Positions 9,884-19,132 of a stretch of DNA of 64,000 nucleotides are shown piece by piece (the stretch's first letter is position 1; each line of letters starts with the position of its first letter). The notes below the pieces were generated by a model. The model was not told the origin of the DNA and made no database searches. It saw only the letters and a program-made list of their open reading frames with translations. This stretch comes from an uncultured bacterium (GTDB lineage: Bacteria > Zixibacteria > MSB-5A5 > GN15 > FEB-12): contig CBDVDR010000001.1 of NCBI GenBank assembly GCA_965372795.1, positions 96,001 through 160,000 on the forward strand, read 5' to 3'. The position numbers were made by a program, and so were the translations under genes.

Positions 9884-10345
9884 TCAAACAATCTCGGTGG
9901 CGGGACTTCCGCAAAAGCCATGAATGACATGGGTCACCACGCCCCAGATTTCAAACTGGGACTCTTCGTTGATTTTGATCGGTTTATAATTTTCATTTTC
10001 AGGCATCAGAATAACTTTTCCCTTTTTACGGATCAATCTTTTGACGGTAATCTCACCATCAATTACCGCAAGTATGATATTCCGGTCGGTCGATTCCAAC
10101 GACCTGTCAACCACTAGCAGATCGCCGGCATGGATTCCGGCATTGATCATCGAATCACCGACTACCCGCACAAAGAAAGTTGCCGCCGGATGTTTGACCA
10201 GATATTCATTGAGATCAAGTTTTCCCTCAAGATGATCATCCGCCGGCGAAGGAAACCCCGCCGCCACATGTTCGGTCGCCAAATTCGCTTTGCCCCCGGG
10301 GGATAAACCGGTGTCTACTTCAAATATTTTATTTTTATCAGCCAT
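9884..10345 (-). CDS. umuD: DNA polymerase V autoproteolytic subunit (S24)
   Basis: VAAGFPSPADD cleavage site, GDSM catalytic Ser, TVKRL catalytic Lys. Confidence 0.95.
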   Translation of the reverse strand: MADKNKIFEVDTGLSPGGKANLATEHVAAGFPSPADDHLEGKLDLNEYLVKHPAATFFVRVVGDSMINAGIHAGDLLVVDRSLESTDRNIILAVIDGEITVKRLIRKKGKVILMPENENYKPIKINEESQFEIWGVVTHVIHGFCGSPATEIV

Positions 10346-10455
10346 ATAACCTCCTATTGTTAAGTCATCCTAACATACGGTAATTCTGACAGTCTCCAAT
10401 CACATATAGCAAACAAGACTAATCATGTGATGTTTGAAAATATAATCAGACTTTC

Positions 10456-10469
10456 TTGACTTAGATCAA
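10456..10469 (+). promoter_or_regulatory. Possible CRP/FNR-family box or -35 element upstream of the cytochrome
   Basis: TTGAC-TTAG-ATCAA, one mismatch to TTGAT-N4-ATCAA. Confidence 0.4.
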
Positions 10470-10542
10470 GCGTACTAACTATAAAGATAATTAAATAATA
10501 GAGAGAGGTCAAAACTATATCCTATTGAGAGAGAGGTATGTA

Positions 10543-11775
10543 ATGTACAAAATTTTAACTTCATTCGTGATGGTCTTTCTGATGACAGGACTGGCTATTG
10601 CAGATGACTGTGTTGATTGTCATCAAAAGGAAACACCTAACATCGTTGTTGATTGGCAGTTGAGTAAACACAGCGAGAACGATATCTCCTGTGACGGTTG
10701 TCATGGCGATGGTCACAAAACGGCTGATGATGTTGCCAATGTTTTAATCCCGACACCTGAAACCTGTGCCGAGTGTCATGATACGCAGGTTGAACAATTT
10801 ATGAAAGGCAAACACTCGCTTGCCTGGGCGGCGCTTCAAGCTATGCCGACCACCCATCAATTGCCGATGGCACTTAATGAAGGGATGAAAGGGTGCGGCG
10901 GTTGTCATAAAATAGGAGTAAAATCTGAAGAACAGATTGCTGATTTGAAAGCCAAAGGTGCCGGGTTCGGTTTGGCATCCTGTGATGCCTGTCATACCCG
11001 TCATACTTTTTCAGTAAAAGAAGCACAACAACCACAGGCTTGTCAGACCTGTCACATGGGGTTTGATCATCCGCAGTGGGAGATGTATTCCTCATCGAAA
11101 CACGGCGTTCGGGCTTTGTTAAAACAGAATGGTACGCTTCCGGAATCAACTCCGGCGCCTACCTGTCAGACCTGTCATATGTCTGAAGGAAATCATGAAG
11201 TTCGCACAGCGTGGGGATTTTTAGCGGTACGTTTGCCACTTTCAGAGGACCCGCAATGGAAAGCTGATCAGATTACAATTTTCCAGGCACTGGGTGTGCT
11301 TGATATGGAAGGTAATCCGACCGCGAGACTTGATGTTATCAAGGCGGCTGATGTTGCCCGTTTGGATAAAGAATCTTTTGATGTCGAACGAAATAAAATG
11401 ATCGCTATCTGTTCCGATTGTCACTCTGAGAATTTCGCCAAAGGTGAGCTTCAAAAAGGTGATGATATGATTCGCGAAGTTGATCATTTGCTGGCTCAGG
11501 GAATTCGGATAATTGCTGATCTTTACAAAGATGGCATGTTAGCCCAGCCGGAAAGTTATTCCTTTCCGTTCCCGGATCTATTAACATTCCATGATGCACC
11601 GACCCATATTGAACAGACTCTGTTTGAGATGCATCTGAAACATCGCATGCGGGCGTTCCAGGGTGTTTTCCATGCTAACCCGGATTACGCGCTTTGGTAT
11701 GGCTGGAGTGAGATGATTCGTGATTTGCAGAAGATCAAAGAAATGGCGGCTGATATGAGAGCCGAAATTAACTAA
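10543..11775 (+). CDS. Secreted octaheme cytochrome c, hydroxylamine oxidoreductase (HAO)-like family
   Basis: Signal peptide; 8 CxxCH motifs; CHTRHTFS, CHMGFDHPQWEMY..SKHG, HANPDY..WYG; likely start ATG 10543 after GAGAGG. Confidence 0.88.
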   Translation: MYKILTSFVMVFLMTGLAIADDCVDCHQKETPNIVVDWQLSKHSENDISCDGCHGDGHKTADDVANVLIPTPETCAECHDTQVEQFMKGKHSLAWAALQAMPTTHQLPMALNEGMKGCGGCHKIGVKSEEQIADLKAKGAGFGLASCDACHTRHTFSVKEAQQPQACQTCHMGFDHPQWEMYSSSKHGVRALLKQNGTLPESTPAPTCQTCHMSEGNHEVRTAWGFLAVRLPLSEDPQWKADQITIFQALGVLDMEGNPTARLDVIKAADVARLDKESFDVERNKMIAICSDCHSENFAKGELQKGDDMIREVDHLLAQGIRIIADLYKDGMLAQPESYSFPFPDLLTFHDAPTHIEQTLFEMHLKHRMRAFQGVFHANPDYALWYGWSEMIRDLQKIKEMAADMRAEIN

Positions 11776-11800
11776 CTTCGTTAGTTTGATTATAAATATA

Positions 11801-11827
11801 GGGAGCAGATTATTCTGCTCCTTTTTT
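11801..11827 (+). terminator. Rho-independent terminator
   Basis: GGAGCAGA-ttat-TCTGCTCC followed by T-tract. Confidence 0.8.
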
Positions 11828-11829
11828 AT

Positions 11830-11874
11830 TTGGTAGGATCACAGGGCAACCGAGGGTTGGTAATCCTGCCCTAC
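11830..11874 (-). repeat. REP family 1 variant with inserted inner hairpin
   Basis: TTGGTAGGATCACAGGG-caaccgagggttg-GTAATCCTGCCCTAC. Confidence 0.65.
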
Positions 11875-11883
11875 AAATATAAA

Positions 11884-12651
11884 TTATTTTGCGATTACTA
11901 TTATCTTTTCAGTTTTACCAAGCGGGACATTAAAATCATAGTCTCCATAAAGTTTAATCTCTGAGAATCCGGCATTGGTTAAACAATTCATAAGCTCGTC
12001 TTTTGTCCAGCAGCGCATGATTAGATCATGTTCGACTTTTTCAGTTTTTCTGTTATTAATAATTTTATGGGTCTCTTTGATATGTAACTGTTTCTTATTG
12101 GGATTCAAAGTTGTTTCAGATTTGAAATGCAGTTCGCCATCTTCAAGTTGAATAACTTTTTCAAAGATAGGATTTGTAGATTTGGCTTTTTTTGAGTTCT
12201 CCCAGTCACGGACATCAAATATTAAAAGACCATCAGGTTTTAGGTATGATTTAAACTTATAAAATATTTCCTGACGTAAATTATTTTCGATAAAATCGTT
12301 AAGTACACCCCGGCATATAATTGAATCGAATGAGTTTTTATAATCCAAGTCAAACAGATTTCCTGTTGAAAATTCTATCTGGGAGTTTTCATTGGTCAGT
12401 TTGCTTTTTGCTACTTCTATTTGCTGTTCGGATAAATCGACACCAACTGTTTTGAAACCATGATGTGCTAATTCTATAGAGTAATTCCCTGTTCCACATC
12501 CGGCATCTAAAATATAACTGTTGAGTGAAATATTATTTTTCAACAAGCTTCGCTTGATAAATTCGCAGTCTTTTTTTGTATCTCTTTCAATGATTTTATC
12601 ATACGCCCAGGCGAATTTAGTATAGAATGGTCGGTTAGAAGTATTATCCAT
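11884..12651 (-). CDS. Class I SAM-dependent methyltransferase
   Basis: ILDAGCGTG, GVDLS, LKPDGLLIFD; start corrected to ATG 12651 because the track extension lies inside a repeat. Confidence 0.9.
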   Translation of the reverse strand: MDNTSNRPFYTKFAWAYDKIIERDTKKDCEFIKRSLLKNNISLNSYILDAGCGTGNYSIELAHHGFKTVGVDLSEQQIEVAKSKLTNENSQIEFSTGNLFDLDYKNSFDSIICRGVLNDFIENNLRQEIFYKFKSYLKPDGLLIFDVRDWENSKKAKSTNPIFEKVIQLEDGELHFKSETTLNPNKKQLHIKETHKIINNRKTEKVEHDLIMRCWTKDELMNCLTNAGFSEIKLYGDYDFNVPLGKTEKIIVIAK

Positions 12652-12663
12652 ATAATAATTAAA

Positions 12664-12853
12664 CTGTCGGGTCACAATTTTTGCAAGCAAAAATCAAGAC
12701 CCAACAGAACCTAAATTTTAAAAGTAGAATTGATTGCCAGTAAAACTTAAACAGCAAATTATTCCCAGTAGAACTTAAACAATAAGTTATACCCAATAGA
12801 ACTTACAAACTGTCGGGTCACAATTTTTGCAAGCAAAAATCAGGACCCAACAG
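12664..12853 (+). repeat. Two RAYT-associated hairpins (family 3) separated by 28-bp tail units
   Basis: CTGTCGGGTCACAATTTTTGCAAGCAAAAATCARGACCCAACAG at 12664-12707 and 12810-12853. Confidence 0.9.
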
Positions 12854-12901
12854 AACTTAATAAAGCTGTTACAAAAATTGTCGAATTTCTAAAATAATCA
12901 T

Positions 12902-13324
12902 TTAATCTTTTGGGAGTTTGTAATAGAATTCAGACTCAGCGCACTGTTCGAAAGCATCAGACAACAATTTCCCATCGACACCGACATTATCATAGGGATG
13001 CTCGCAAATATGTATCACCGGTTTCCATTCACTTTCACCGATAACTTTTGTATAAATCTCTGTGAACTCTGCTACCAGTTTTTGTTTCACTTCTCTTTTA
13101 ATTTTTGGACAGTAAAGCAGAAAATGAAGATACGGTCTTCCTTCATAGTCGTTACACAAAACACCGCCCGATGAGGCATCGTTGAGAACGTACAAATTAA
13201 ATTTTATCCCGAAAATCTCTTCCGGAAAGCCACTTGCTTTTGCAAAAGCTGAGGTCAATTGTTTGGCGAGTTCTTCTTTTCTGTTATTATCAATCTTTGG
13301 GATTGTTATTTCAAGACAGGGCAT
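12902..13324 (-). CDS. Tautomerase (4-oxalocrotonate tautomerase superfamily, two fused beta-alpha-beta units)
   Basis: N-terminal Pro after Met, duplicated K.ELA..LT pattern, NVGVDGKL. Confidence 0.75.
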   Translation of the reverse strand: MPCLEITIPKIDNNRKEELAKQLTSAFAKASGFPEEIFGIKFNLYVLNDASSGGVLCNDYEGRPYLHFLLYCPKIKREVKQKLVAEFTEIYTKVIGESEWKPVIHICEHPYDNVGVDGKLLSDAFEQCAESEFYYKLPKD

Positions 13325-13378
13325 AATTAGCCTTTTTTGAAAGTTGTTATATTGAAAATTTATATAAATCTATTAAGC

Positions 13379-13759
13379 TTATTGATTAAGCAGCCATTTA
13401 TTCGCATCTTGCTCGTTATCAAACACTTTTAATTGAAATCCTCGATTCGTGGCGACAGTTTCAGTAAAAAGATTATCCTTTCGTGAGTCGTCATTCATAT
13501 CATATAATGCAAATTTAAATTTTCGGTCCCAGCCGAATGAATCGGTAGTATTGATTATATTTAATGAAGCCATAGTTGGCAACCGACCGGAAAGATTTAT
13601 AACACCAAGTACTTTATTGCTATTTTTCTCCTTACAGTACTCTGCCACTTCAACCAAAACAGCACTGATATCTGCCACTTCTTGACCTGGAATTCGGTCT
13701 CCTGAAATCACTACTTTGATGTAATCTTGATTATCTTGAATTGAAAGGTCATATGACAT
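13379..13759 (-). CDS. Hypothetical protein, STAS/SEC14 (SpoIIAA-like)
   Basis: C-terminal FTETVATNRG..KVFD..QDA.KWL pattern. Confidence 0.55.
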   Translation of the reverse strand: MSYDLSIQDNQDYIKVVISGDRIPGQEVADISAVLVEVAEYCKEKNSNKVLGVINLSGRLPTMASLNIINTTDSFGWDRKFKFALYDMNDDSRKDNLFTETVATNRGFQLKVFDNEQDANKWLLNQ

Positions 13760-13895
13760 AGAATATCTCCTTTCGTTGATAGCATGACAAAATGATCTAT
13801 AATTTATATAATATTCTATCTATTATACGATGTCAAGATAGTATAAAAATTCATACTGAATTATATTGGTCAAATATATTGATCTTACAAGCTTG

Positions 13896-15143
13896 TTAAA
13901 AACCAAATCTTGGATTCACTACATTATTGTTTGTAGATCCAAACGAATAACTGAAACCGAACGAAGCATAATAGCTGTAGCTTGTTGCAAGTTCTGTTTG
14001 ACGTAATAACACATCCGCTTCGTCGGCATCGCCGCGTCTTAATGATAGCTGGTCACGTATCCTTGATATTGACCCATCAATTTCCAATGAAAAACCTTCA
14101 AATAATCTGACTGACACATCACCGTACAACTGAATTCGGGTCTTGTCAAAATCGTGAAAATAGTGCAAACCACTCAAGGTAGCTTCTACCTCTCCCCATG
14201 GCTGGATAAATTCTGCTGTCACTCGAAATTGTTCAGATATAAGATTCTCACTGGTTTTATTATAAATCGTTATTTCATCATAATCGACAATATGACCAAT
14301 CAAAAGATAGCCGAATCTGAATTGGCGCCTATTAGATTCATTGTAAGGGAACAGATTATATTCAATTCGGGGGATTAAGGAAGTTGATAATTTTTTATTG
14401 CTGTAAGTCGAGGTATAGACAGAACTCGACAAACCCACCGACCAATGATCGTTTAAACCAAAATATAAATCAACATCAGCACCGCGACTGCGTGAGATAC
14501 TTAGTTCATGCGTATCTTCATAATCATATTTATCTTCATTATAATTTCCCCACATTCCAAAAATAAATCGATTCTTTTTTGTCACTTTCTGGGCTCTGAT
14601 ATTACCATATATATTAATTGAACGATAAGTTTTCTGACCGTTGAACCATGAGTTTGCATCGATAGTAAAAACCCAGTTTTTCCATTTATCAAATTCGACA
14701 ATCTCTTCGGAGGGCTTATTAAAATTTATCTCAACATATTTTGCCAGATCGGTTTTAGCAATAAACCGCACCAGACCCATGCGAATTATTTTAATCAAAC
14801 CCTTGCGAGTTATATCATCGGTATCTGATTCCTGTGAAATATATTTAAGAGTATCAGACATAGTCTTGTATTTTTCCTGTCCGATAAATTCAAGCGTATA
14901 TTCCCGACCATTACTTCCGGTTCGCTGTCTTGTAACCAGAATATGCACCTCGGCTTGCTTGCGGTCGCGTACCAATGAGGCGATACCGATCTCCTGCCGG
15001 AAATAGTCCATATCGCAGGACTGACAGTCGATAAATATTTTCGGAGCCTCGTTATTGGTATTTATTACGGTTGTATCATCAGCCCAACAGAGTGATGATA
15101 AAATTATAAGTGTGATTATTATTGATATAACCTGACGCAGCAT
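13896..15143 (-). CDS. Outer-membrane beta-barrel protein
   Basis: Signal peptide, amphipathic beta strands, terminal NPRFGF. Confidence 0.65.
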   Translation of the reverse strand: MLRQVISIIITLIILSSLCWADDTTVINTNNEAPKIFIDCQSCDMDYFRQEIGIASLVRDRKQAEVHILVTRQRTGSNGREYTLEFIGQEKYKTMSDTLKYISQESDTDDITRKGLIKIIRMGLVRFIAKTDLAKYVEINFNKPSEEIVEFDKWKNWVFTIDANSWFNGQKTYRSINIYGNIRAQKVTKKNRFIFGMWGNYNEDKYDYEDTHELSISRSRGADVDLYFGLNDHWSVGLSSSVYTSTYSNKKLSTSLIPRIEYNLFPYNESNRRQFRFGYLLIGHIVDYDEITIYNKTSENLISEQFRVTAEFIQPWGEVEATLSGLHYFHDFDKTRIQLYGDVSVRLFEGFSLEIDGSISRIRDQLSLRRGDADEADVLLRQTELATSYSYYASFGFSYSFGSTNNNVVNPRFGF

Positions 15144-15229
15144 TTCTATGTTCCCTCTCTAATTCCTAATTCCTTAGTTAGACGATACAAATAGTTTTAC
15201 GCTATAAAATTACATTTGTTCATTTTATT

Positions 15230-15263
15230 AAAAAAAAGTCAGATGTGATAATCCACCTGACTT
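15230..15263 (-). terminator. Rho-independent terminator downstream of RAYT
   Basis: AAGTCAGGTG..CATCTGAC plus T-tract on minus strand. Confidence 0.6.
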
Positions 15264-15275
15264 AAAATTAGCTAA

Positions 15276-15463
15276 CTGTCGGGTCACAATTTTTGCAAGC
15301 AAAAATCAAGACCCAACAGAACCTAAACAGCAAATTAATCCCAGCAGAACTTAAATAATCTTCTGTTTCGTATTGTTTGTCGTATTTATTATATCGTTCC
15401 ATGTCAATCTTCTTACTGTTGTGTTGGGTCTTGATTTGCCAGAGGCAAATTGTGACCCGACAC
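15276..15463. repeat. Family 3 hairpin (15276-15319) and inverted variant (15421-15463)
   Basis: Inverted copy has compensatory inner stem ATTTGCC-aga-GGCAAAT and ends 2 bp from the RAYT stop. Confidence 0.88.
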
Positions 15464-15465
15464 TT

Positions 15466-15948
15466 CTATTTCCAATTTGTAAATACAATAAAATTAACTA
15501 TTTTGTCACTTGAGTAGTCCTGTGCACTCGACCATTTCCAATCATTGGCATTATTTACAAATCCTGCTTTCACTGGATTGTGATGAATATATTCCAGTTT
15601 TTGCAATAAAACAACTTCGCTATAAATTACAACTCTATCAAAACCATCCATCCATATTTTATTATTATCTATCCTGATATCTTTGAATGCTTTTTGCGAT
15701 ATATATTTTTTAAAATCTCTCATGAATGGAGAAAGATTTTTTCCTTCTATTTCAATCAATAGGTGAATATGAGAAGGCATAAATACATAACCCATTAATT
15801 TACCTTTATATTTCTTCAAATATAAAACTAATAATTCAAAAAGTTTTTCATAAACTCCATCAATGTTTCCGTAATTTTCCCAGTTGTTGAAGGTGGTCGT
15901 TACGAAAAAACAATTTCCATATATTTGTTCTTTTAAGCGTAGCCCCAT
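15466..15948 (-). mobile_element. REP-associated tyrosine transposase (RAYT / TnpA-REP, HUH Y1)
   Basis: FFVT, YVFMPSHIH (HUH), YIHHNPVKAG (catalytic Tyr), WKWSS; flanked by hairpin repeats; start ATG 15948. Confidence 0.92.
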
Positions 15949-15960
15949 AGTTGTATTAAA

Positions 15961-16207
15961 CTGTCGGGTCACAATTTTTGCAAGCAAAAATCAAGACCCA
16001 ACAGAACATAAACAGTAAATCATACCCAATAGAAATTAGTTAACTGTCGGGTCACAATTTTTGCAAGCAAAAATCAAGACCCAACAGAACATTTTAAACT
16101 GGGGCAGACGAGCACACGGGGTGTGGTTGACATCTGCCGCCCACACGAAATATTGGCAGGATCACAGGGATCCTGCCCTACTGGTTCCCCGCTTGCGCGA
16201 GGATGAC
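15961..16207. repeat. Palindrome cluster: family 3 (15961-16004, 16044-16087), family 2 (16100-16144), family 1 (16153-16181), GTCAT-type (16186-16207)
   Basis: Direct sequence comparison with other copies in the window. Confidence 0.85.
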
Positions 16208-16211
16208 ATTA

Positions 16212-17525
16212 TTACTGTTCGAAAACTACTTTGCCGCCAAGGATAGTTTTATCAACCTGTCCTTTGAGCTTCCATCCTATAAACGGAGAGTTTTTAGATT
16301 GCGAACGGAATTTGTCAGCTTTCACTGTCCATTTTTTCTCAGGATTGATGATCGTTATATCGGCAATTGAACCATCGTCAAGCGATCCGCCTTCAAGGTT
16401 CAATATTCTTGCCGGATTATAAGATAGTTTACGAGTGACATCAGCCCAGCTTAGATAACCTTTAGATATCAGATAGGTACTGACTAAGCCAACCGTTGTT
16501 TCCAGTCCGATCAGTCCGGGAGGAGCCTTGTCAAATTCGGAGTCTTTGTCTTCCTCGGTATGAGGGGCATGATCGGAGGCGATACAATCGATGGTACCAT
16601 CAATCAGACCGGCGATACATGCTTCACGATCTTCTTCTGTTCTAAGCGGCGGATTGACTCTTAGATTAGTATTAAACTCTTTGCCGATCTCTACATCAGT
16701 GAGAAGCAGATGGTGCGGGGTTACTTCGGCAGTAACATTGATACCTTCTGCTTTAGCCTTACGAATAGCATCAACGGCACCTTTGGATGAAACATGCTGA
16801 ATATGCAGTCTACCGTTGGTTGTTCTGCAAAGCGCAATGTCTCGAAGCACAGCAATCTCTTCAGCTACCGCCGGAGAACCTTTCATACCCAGTCGGGATG
16901 ACTGGAACGATTCATTCATCACACCGCCATCACAAAGGAAAGTATCTTCAGCGTGCTGCATAACCGGGATATTAAACATCTTGGCATATTCCAAGGCTCG
17001 ACGCATAATTTCCGGGTTTTGCACATAATGTCCATCGTCGGTAATACCGACCGCACCCATGGCTACGAGGTCACCGATTTCGGCAAGTTCTTTGCCTTCG
17101 ATATTTTTGGTAATCGCCCCAATGACATGGACTCTGGCTTTAGCATCTTTGGCACGATCCTGAACAAATTTTACAGTTTCCTGATTATCAATTCGGGGGG
17201 TTGTGTTGGGCATACAACAGATAGTAGTAAAACCACCGGCAGCGGCAGCCTCACAACCTGATTTGACAGTTTCGGCACTTTCTCGACCGGGTTCTCTCAG
17301 ATGGACATGAATATCAATCAATCCCGGTACGACAATCATCCCGGCAGCATCGACTAATTGATTTTCATCTAAAGTGCTAATCTCTTTTCGGTTGGTGCCG
17401 TTATCTTTTTCGATTTTGACAATTTTGCCATCTTTAATAAAAATGTGGGCATCTTTACCAAACCCCAGAGCGGAGTCTATTACTCTTCCGTTGGTAATAA
17501 CTAAATCATATTTTTTACTGGTCAT
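16212..17525 (-). CDS. pyrC: Dihydroorotase
   Basis: PGLIDIHVHLREPG, MPNT, NPPLR, ASDHAPH. Confidence 0.96.
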   Translation of the reverse strand: MTSKKYDLVITNGRVIDSALGFGKDAHIFIKDGKIVKIEKDNGTNRKEISTLDENQLVDAAGMIVVPGLIDIHVHLREPGRESAETVKSGCEAAAAGGFTTICCMPNTTPRIDNQETVKFVQDRAKDAKARVHVIGAITKNIEGKELAEIGDLVAMGAVGITDDGHYVQNPEIMRRALEYAKMFNIPVMQHAEDTFLCDGGVMNESFQSSRLGMKGSPAVAEEIAVLRDIALCRTTNGRLHIQHVSSKGAVDAIRKAKAEGINVTAEVTPHHLLLTDVEIGKEFNTNLRVNPPLRTEEDREACIAGLIDGTIDCIASDHAPHTEEDKDSEFDKAPPGLIGLETTVGLVSTYLISKGYLSWADVTRKLSYNPARILNLEGGSLDDGSIADITIINPEKKWTVKADKFRSQSKNSPFIGWKLKGQVDKTILGGKVVFEQ

Positions 17526-18463
17526 TATTCGCTCTCCTCCTCTTTTCTCCCGGATAACAGATAAAGCACAGCCATTCTGACTGCCTGTCCGTTTGTAACC
17601 TGATCGAGGATTACCGAGTGTTTACTGTCTGCAACTTCACTTGTGATCTCAACGCCGCGATTGATTGGTCCCGGGTGCATAATAGTGTAATTTTTATTCA
17701 ATCTTTTTAGGCGTTCTTTTGTAACTCCAAACAGTTTTGTGTATTCACGATTCGATGGAAACATTGCGGCTTGTTGTCTTTCGAGCTGGATTCTCATCAC
17801 GTTGACAACATCAGCACCCTCAAGGGCTTCATCAATATTAGAATAAACATCACAGCCGAATTTTTCAATTTCATAAGGATGTAAGGTTACCGGTCCGCAA
17901 AGAGCAACCGAGGCTCCCATCGCTTTCAAGCCCCATATATTTGAACGAATAACCCTTGAATGTTTGATGTCACCGATAAGGACAACCCGGAGACCGTCAA
18001 TTTTGCCGTATTTTTTCTTGATCGTGTACATATCCAGCAGTGCCTGAGTTGGGTGTTCGTGGGCGCCATCGCCGGCGTTAATAATATTAGCATCCATGCA
18101 CTGGGTCAGAAAATATGGTACTCCCGAAGAACTGTGGCGAACCACAACCATATCTATTTTCATAGCTTCAATATTCTGAACGGTATCTCTAAGTGACTCA
18201 CCTTTTTTTACCGAGGAAGTTGAAGTAGAGAAATTTACAATATCAGCCGAGAGACGTTTTTCAGCCAATTCAAATGATATTCGGGTACGAGTCGAAGGTT
18301 CGTAAAACAGGTTTACAACCGTCATTCCGCGAAGAGTCGGAACTCTTTTAATCGTCCGATCAATAACTTCCCGAAAGGTATCAGAAGTATTCAGAATTAA
18401 TTCCAGATCTTCTCGTGGAACCCCTTCAAGACCCAACAAATGCCGTGAACTTAATCGACTCAC
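17525..18463 (-). CDS. pyrB: Aspartate carbamoyltransferase catalytic subunit
   Basis: FYEPSTRT, HPTQALLD, HPGPINRG. Confidence 0.97.
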   Translation of the reverse strand: MSRLSSRHLLGLEGVPREDLELILNTSDTFREVIDRTIKRVPTLRGMTVVNLFYEPSTRTRISFELAEKRLSADIVNFSTSTSSVKKGESLRDTVQNIEAMKIDMVVVRHSSSGVPYFLTQCMDANIINAGDGAHEHPTQALLDMYTIKKKYGKIDGLRVVLIGDIKHSRVIRSNIWGLKAMGASVALCGPVTLHPYEIEKFGCDVYSNIDEALEGADVVNVMRIQLERQQAAMFPSNREYTKLFGVTKERLKRLNKNYTIMHPGPINRGVEITSEVADSKHSVILDQVTNGQAVRMAVLYLLSGRKEEESE

Positions 18464-19032
18464 TTTTTAGTTCCTTTTGTTTTAGTTTTTCTGGTAGCAC
18501 GCTCAATTTTAACCTGATCAGTGCCATCTTTTTCCAAGACTTCCACGATGACCTGATCGTCTTTAGAGGTAGGAATATTGACGCCGACATAATCAGCCTT
18601 GATCGGCAATTCGCGATGTCCGCGATCAACCAAGACTGCCAACTGGACAGTTTTAGGTCGTCCAAAATCGACGATTTGAGACAAGGCGGCTCGGATTGTG
18701 CGTCCTGAAAAAAGTACATCATCAACCAAAATCACATTTTTGTTTTTCAATTCAAAAAGTATCTCAGTTGCCTGTACAATCGGCTGATCCAGTTTGGAGT
18801 GCACATCGTCACGGTATAAACTGATATCCATCAACCCAACCGGTACTTTAACACCCTCAAATTCTTCAATCATCTCAGCAATTCTTTTTGCCAACCTTGA
18901 ACCACGAGTCACAATTCCGATAATCCCAAGCGATTCAGGATCGGTATTCTGCTCCAAAATCTCATGAGTAATACGGGTCAGCGCCCGTTTCATTTTCTTT
19001 TCATCCAGAATAATTTCTGTTTTATCCGGCAA
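18460..19032 (-). CDS. pyrR: Pyrimidine operon regulator / UPRTase
   Basis: RITHEILE, DISLYRDD, VDDVLFSGRT, DRGHRELPI. Confidence 0.96.
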   Translation of the reverse strand: MPDKTEIILDEKKMKRALTRITHEILEQNTDPESLGIIGIVTRGSRLAKRIAEMIEEFEGVKVPVGLMDISLYRDDVHSKLDQPIVQATEILFELKNKNVILVDDVLFSGRTIRAALSQIVDFGRPKTVQLAVLVDRGHRELPIKADYVGVNIPTSKDDQVIVEVLEKDGTDQVKIERATRKTKTKGTKK

Positions 19033-19132
19033 TAGAACCTCCAGAAAATAGAAAGTAACTTATTGATATATATTTATTTAAGCAGTTAATATTTGAAGTT
19101 TTATAATTGTTCGAAAGGCTTAACATTTTTTT

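Noticed and set aside
8625..10235. Plus-strand ORFs over umuDC and similar short antisense ORFs across the window
   Set aside because: Shadow frames of well-supported genes on the opposite strand
10346..10455. LexA/SOS box upstream of umuD
   Set aside because: No convincing CTGT-N8-ACAG or GAAC-N4-GTTC match seen
12652..12690. Shared N-terminus MLAKIVTRQFN on the methyltransferase and RAYT (also 15949-15987)
   Set aside because: Artefact of a TTG inside the hairpin repeat; true starts are 12651 and 15948
12664..15319. Family 3 repeats as integron attC sites
   Set aside because: No paired RYYYAAC/GTTRRRY ends on one strand and no tyrosine integrase in the window
12664..16087. Family 3 repeats as a CRISPR array
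   Set aside because: Irregular spacing (39 bp to 2.4 kb), mixed orientation, inter-repeat DNA is itself repetitive, no cas genes, and an adjacent RAYT explains them
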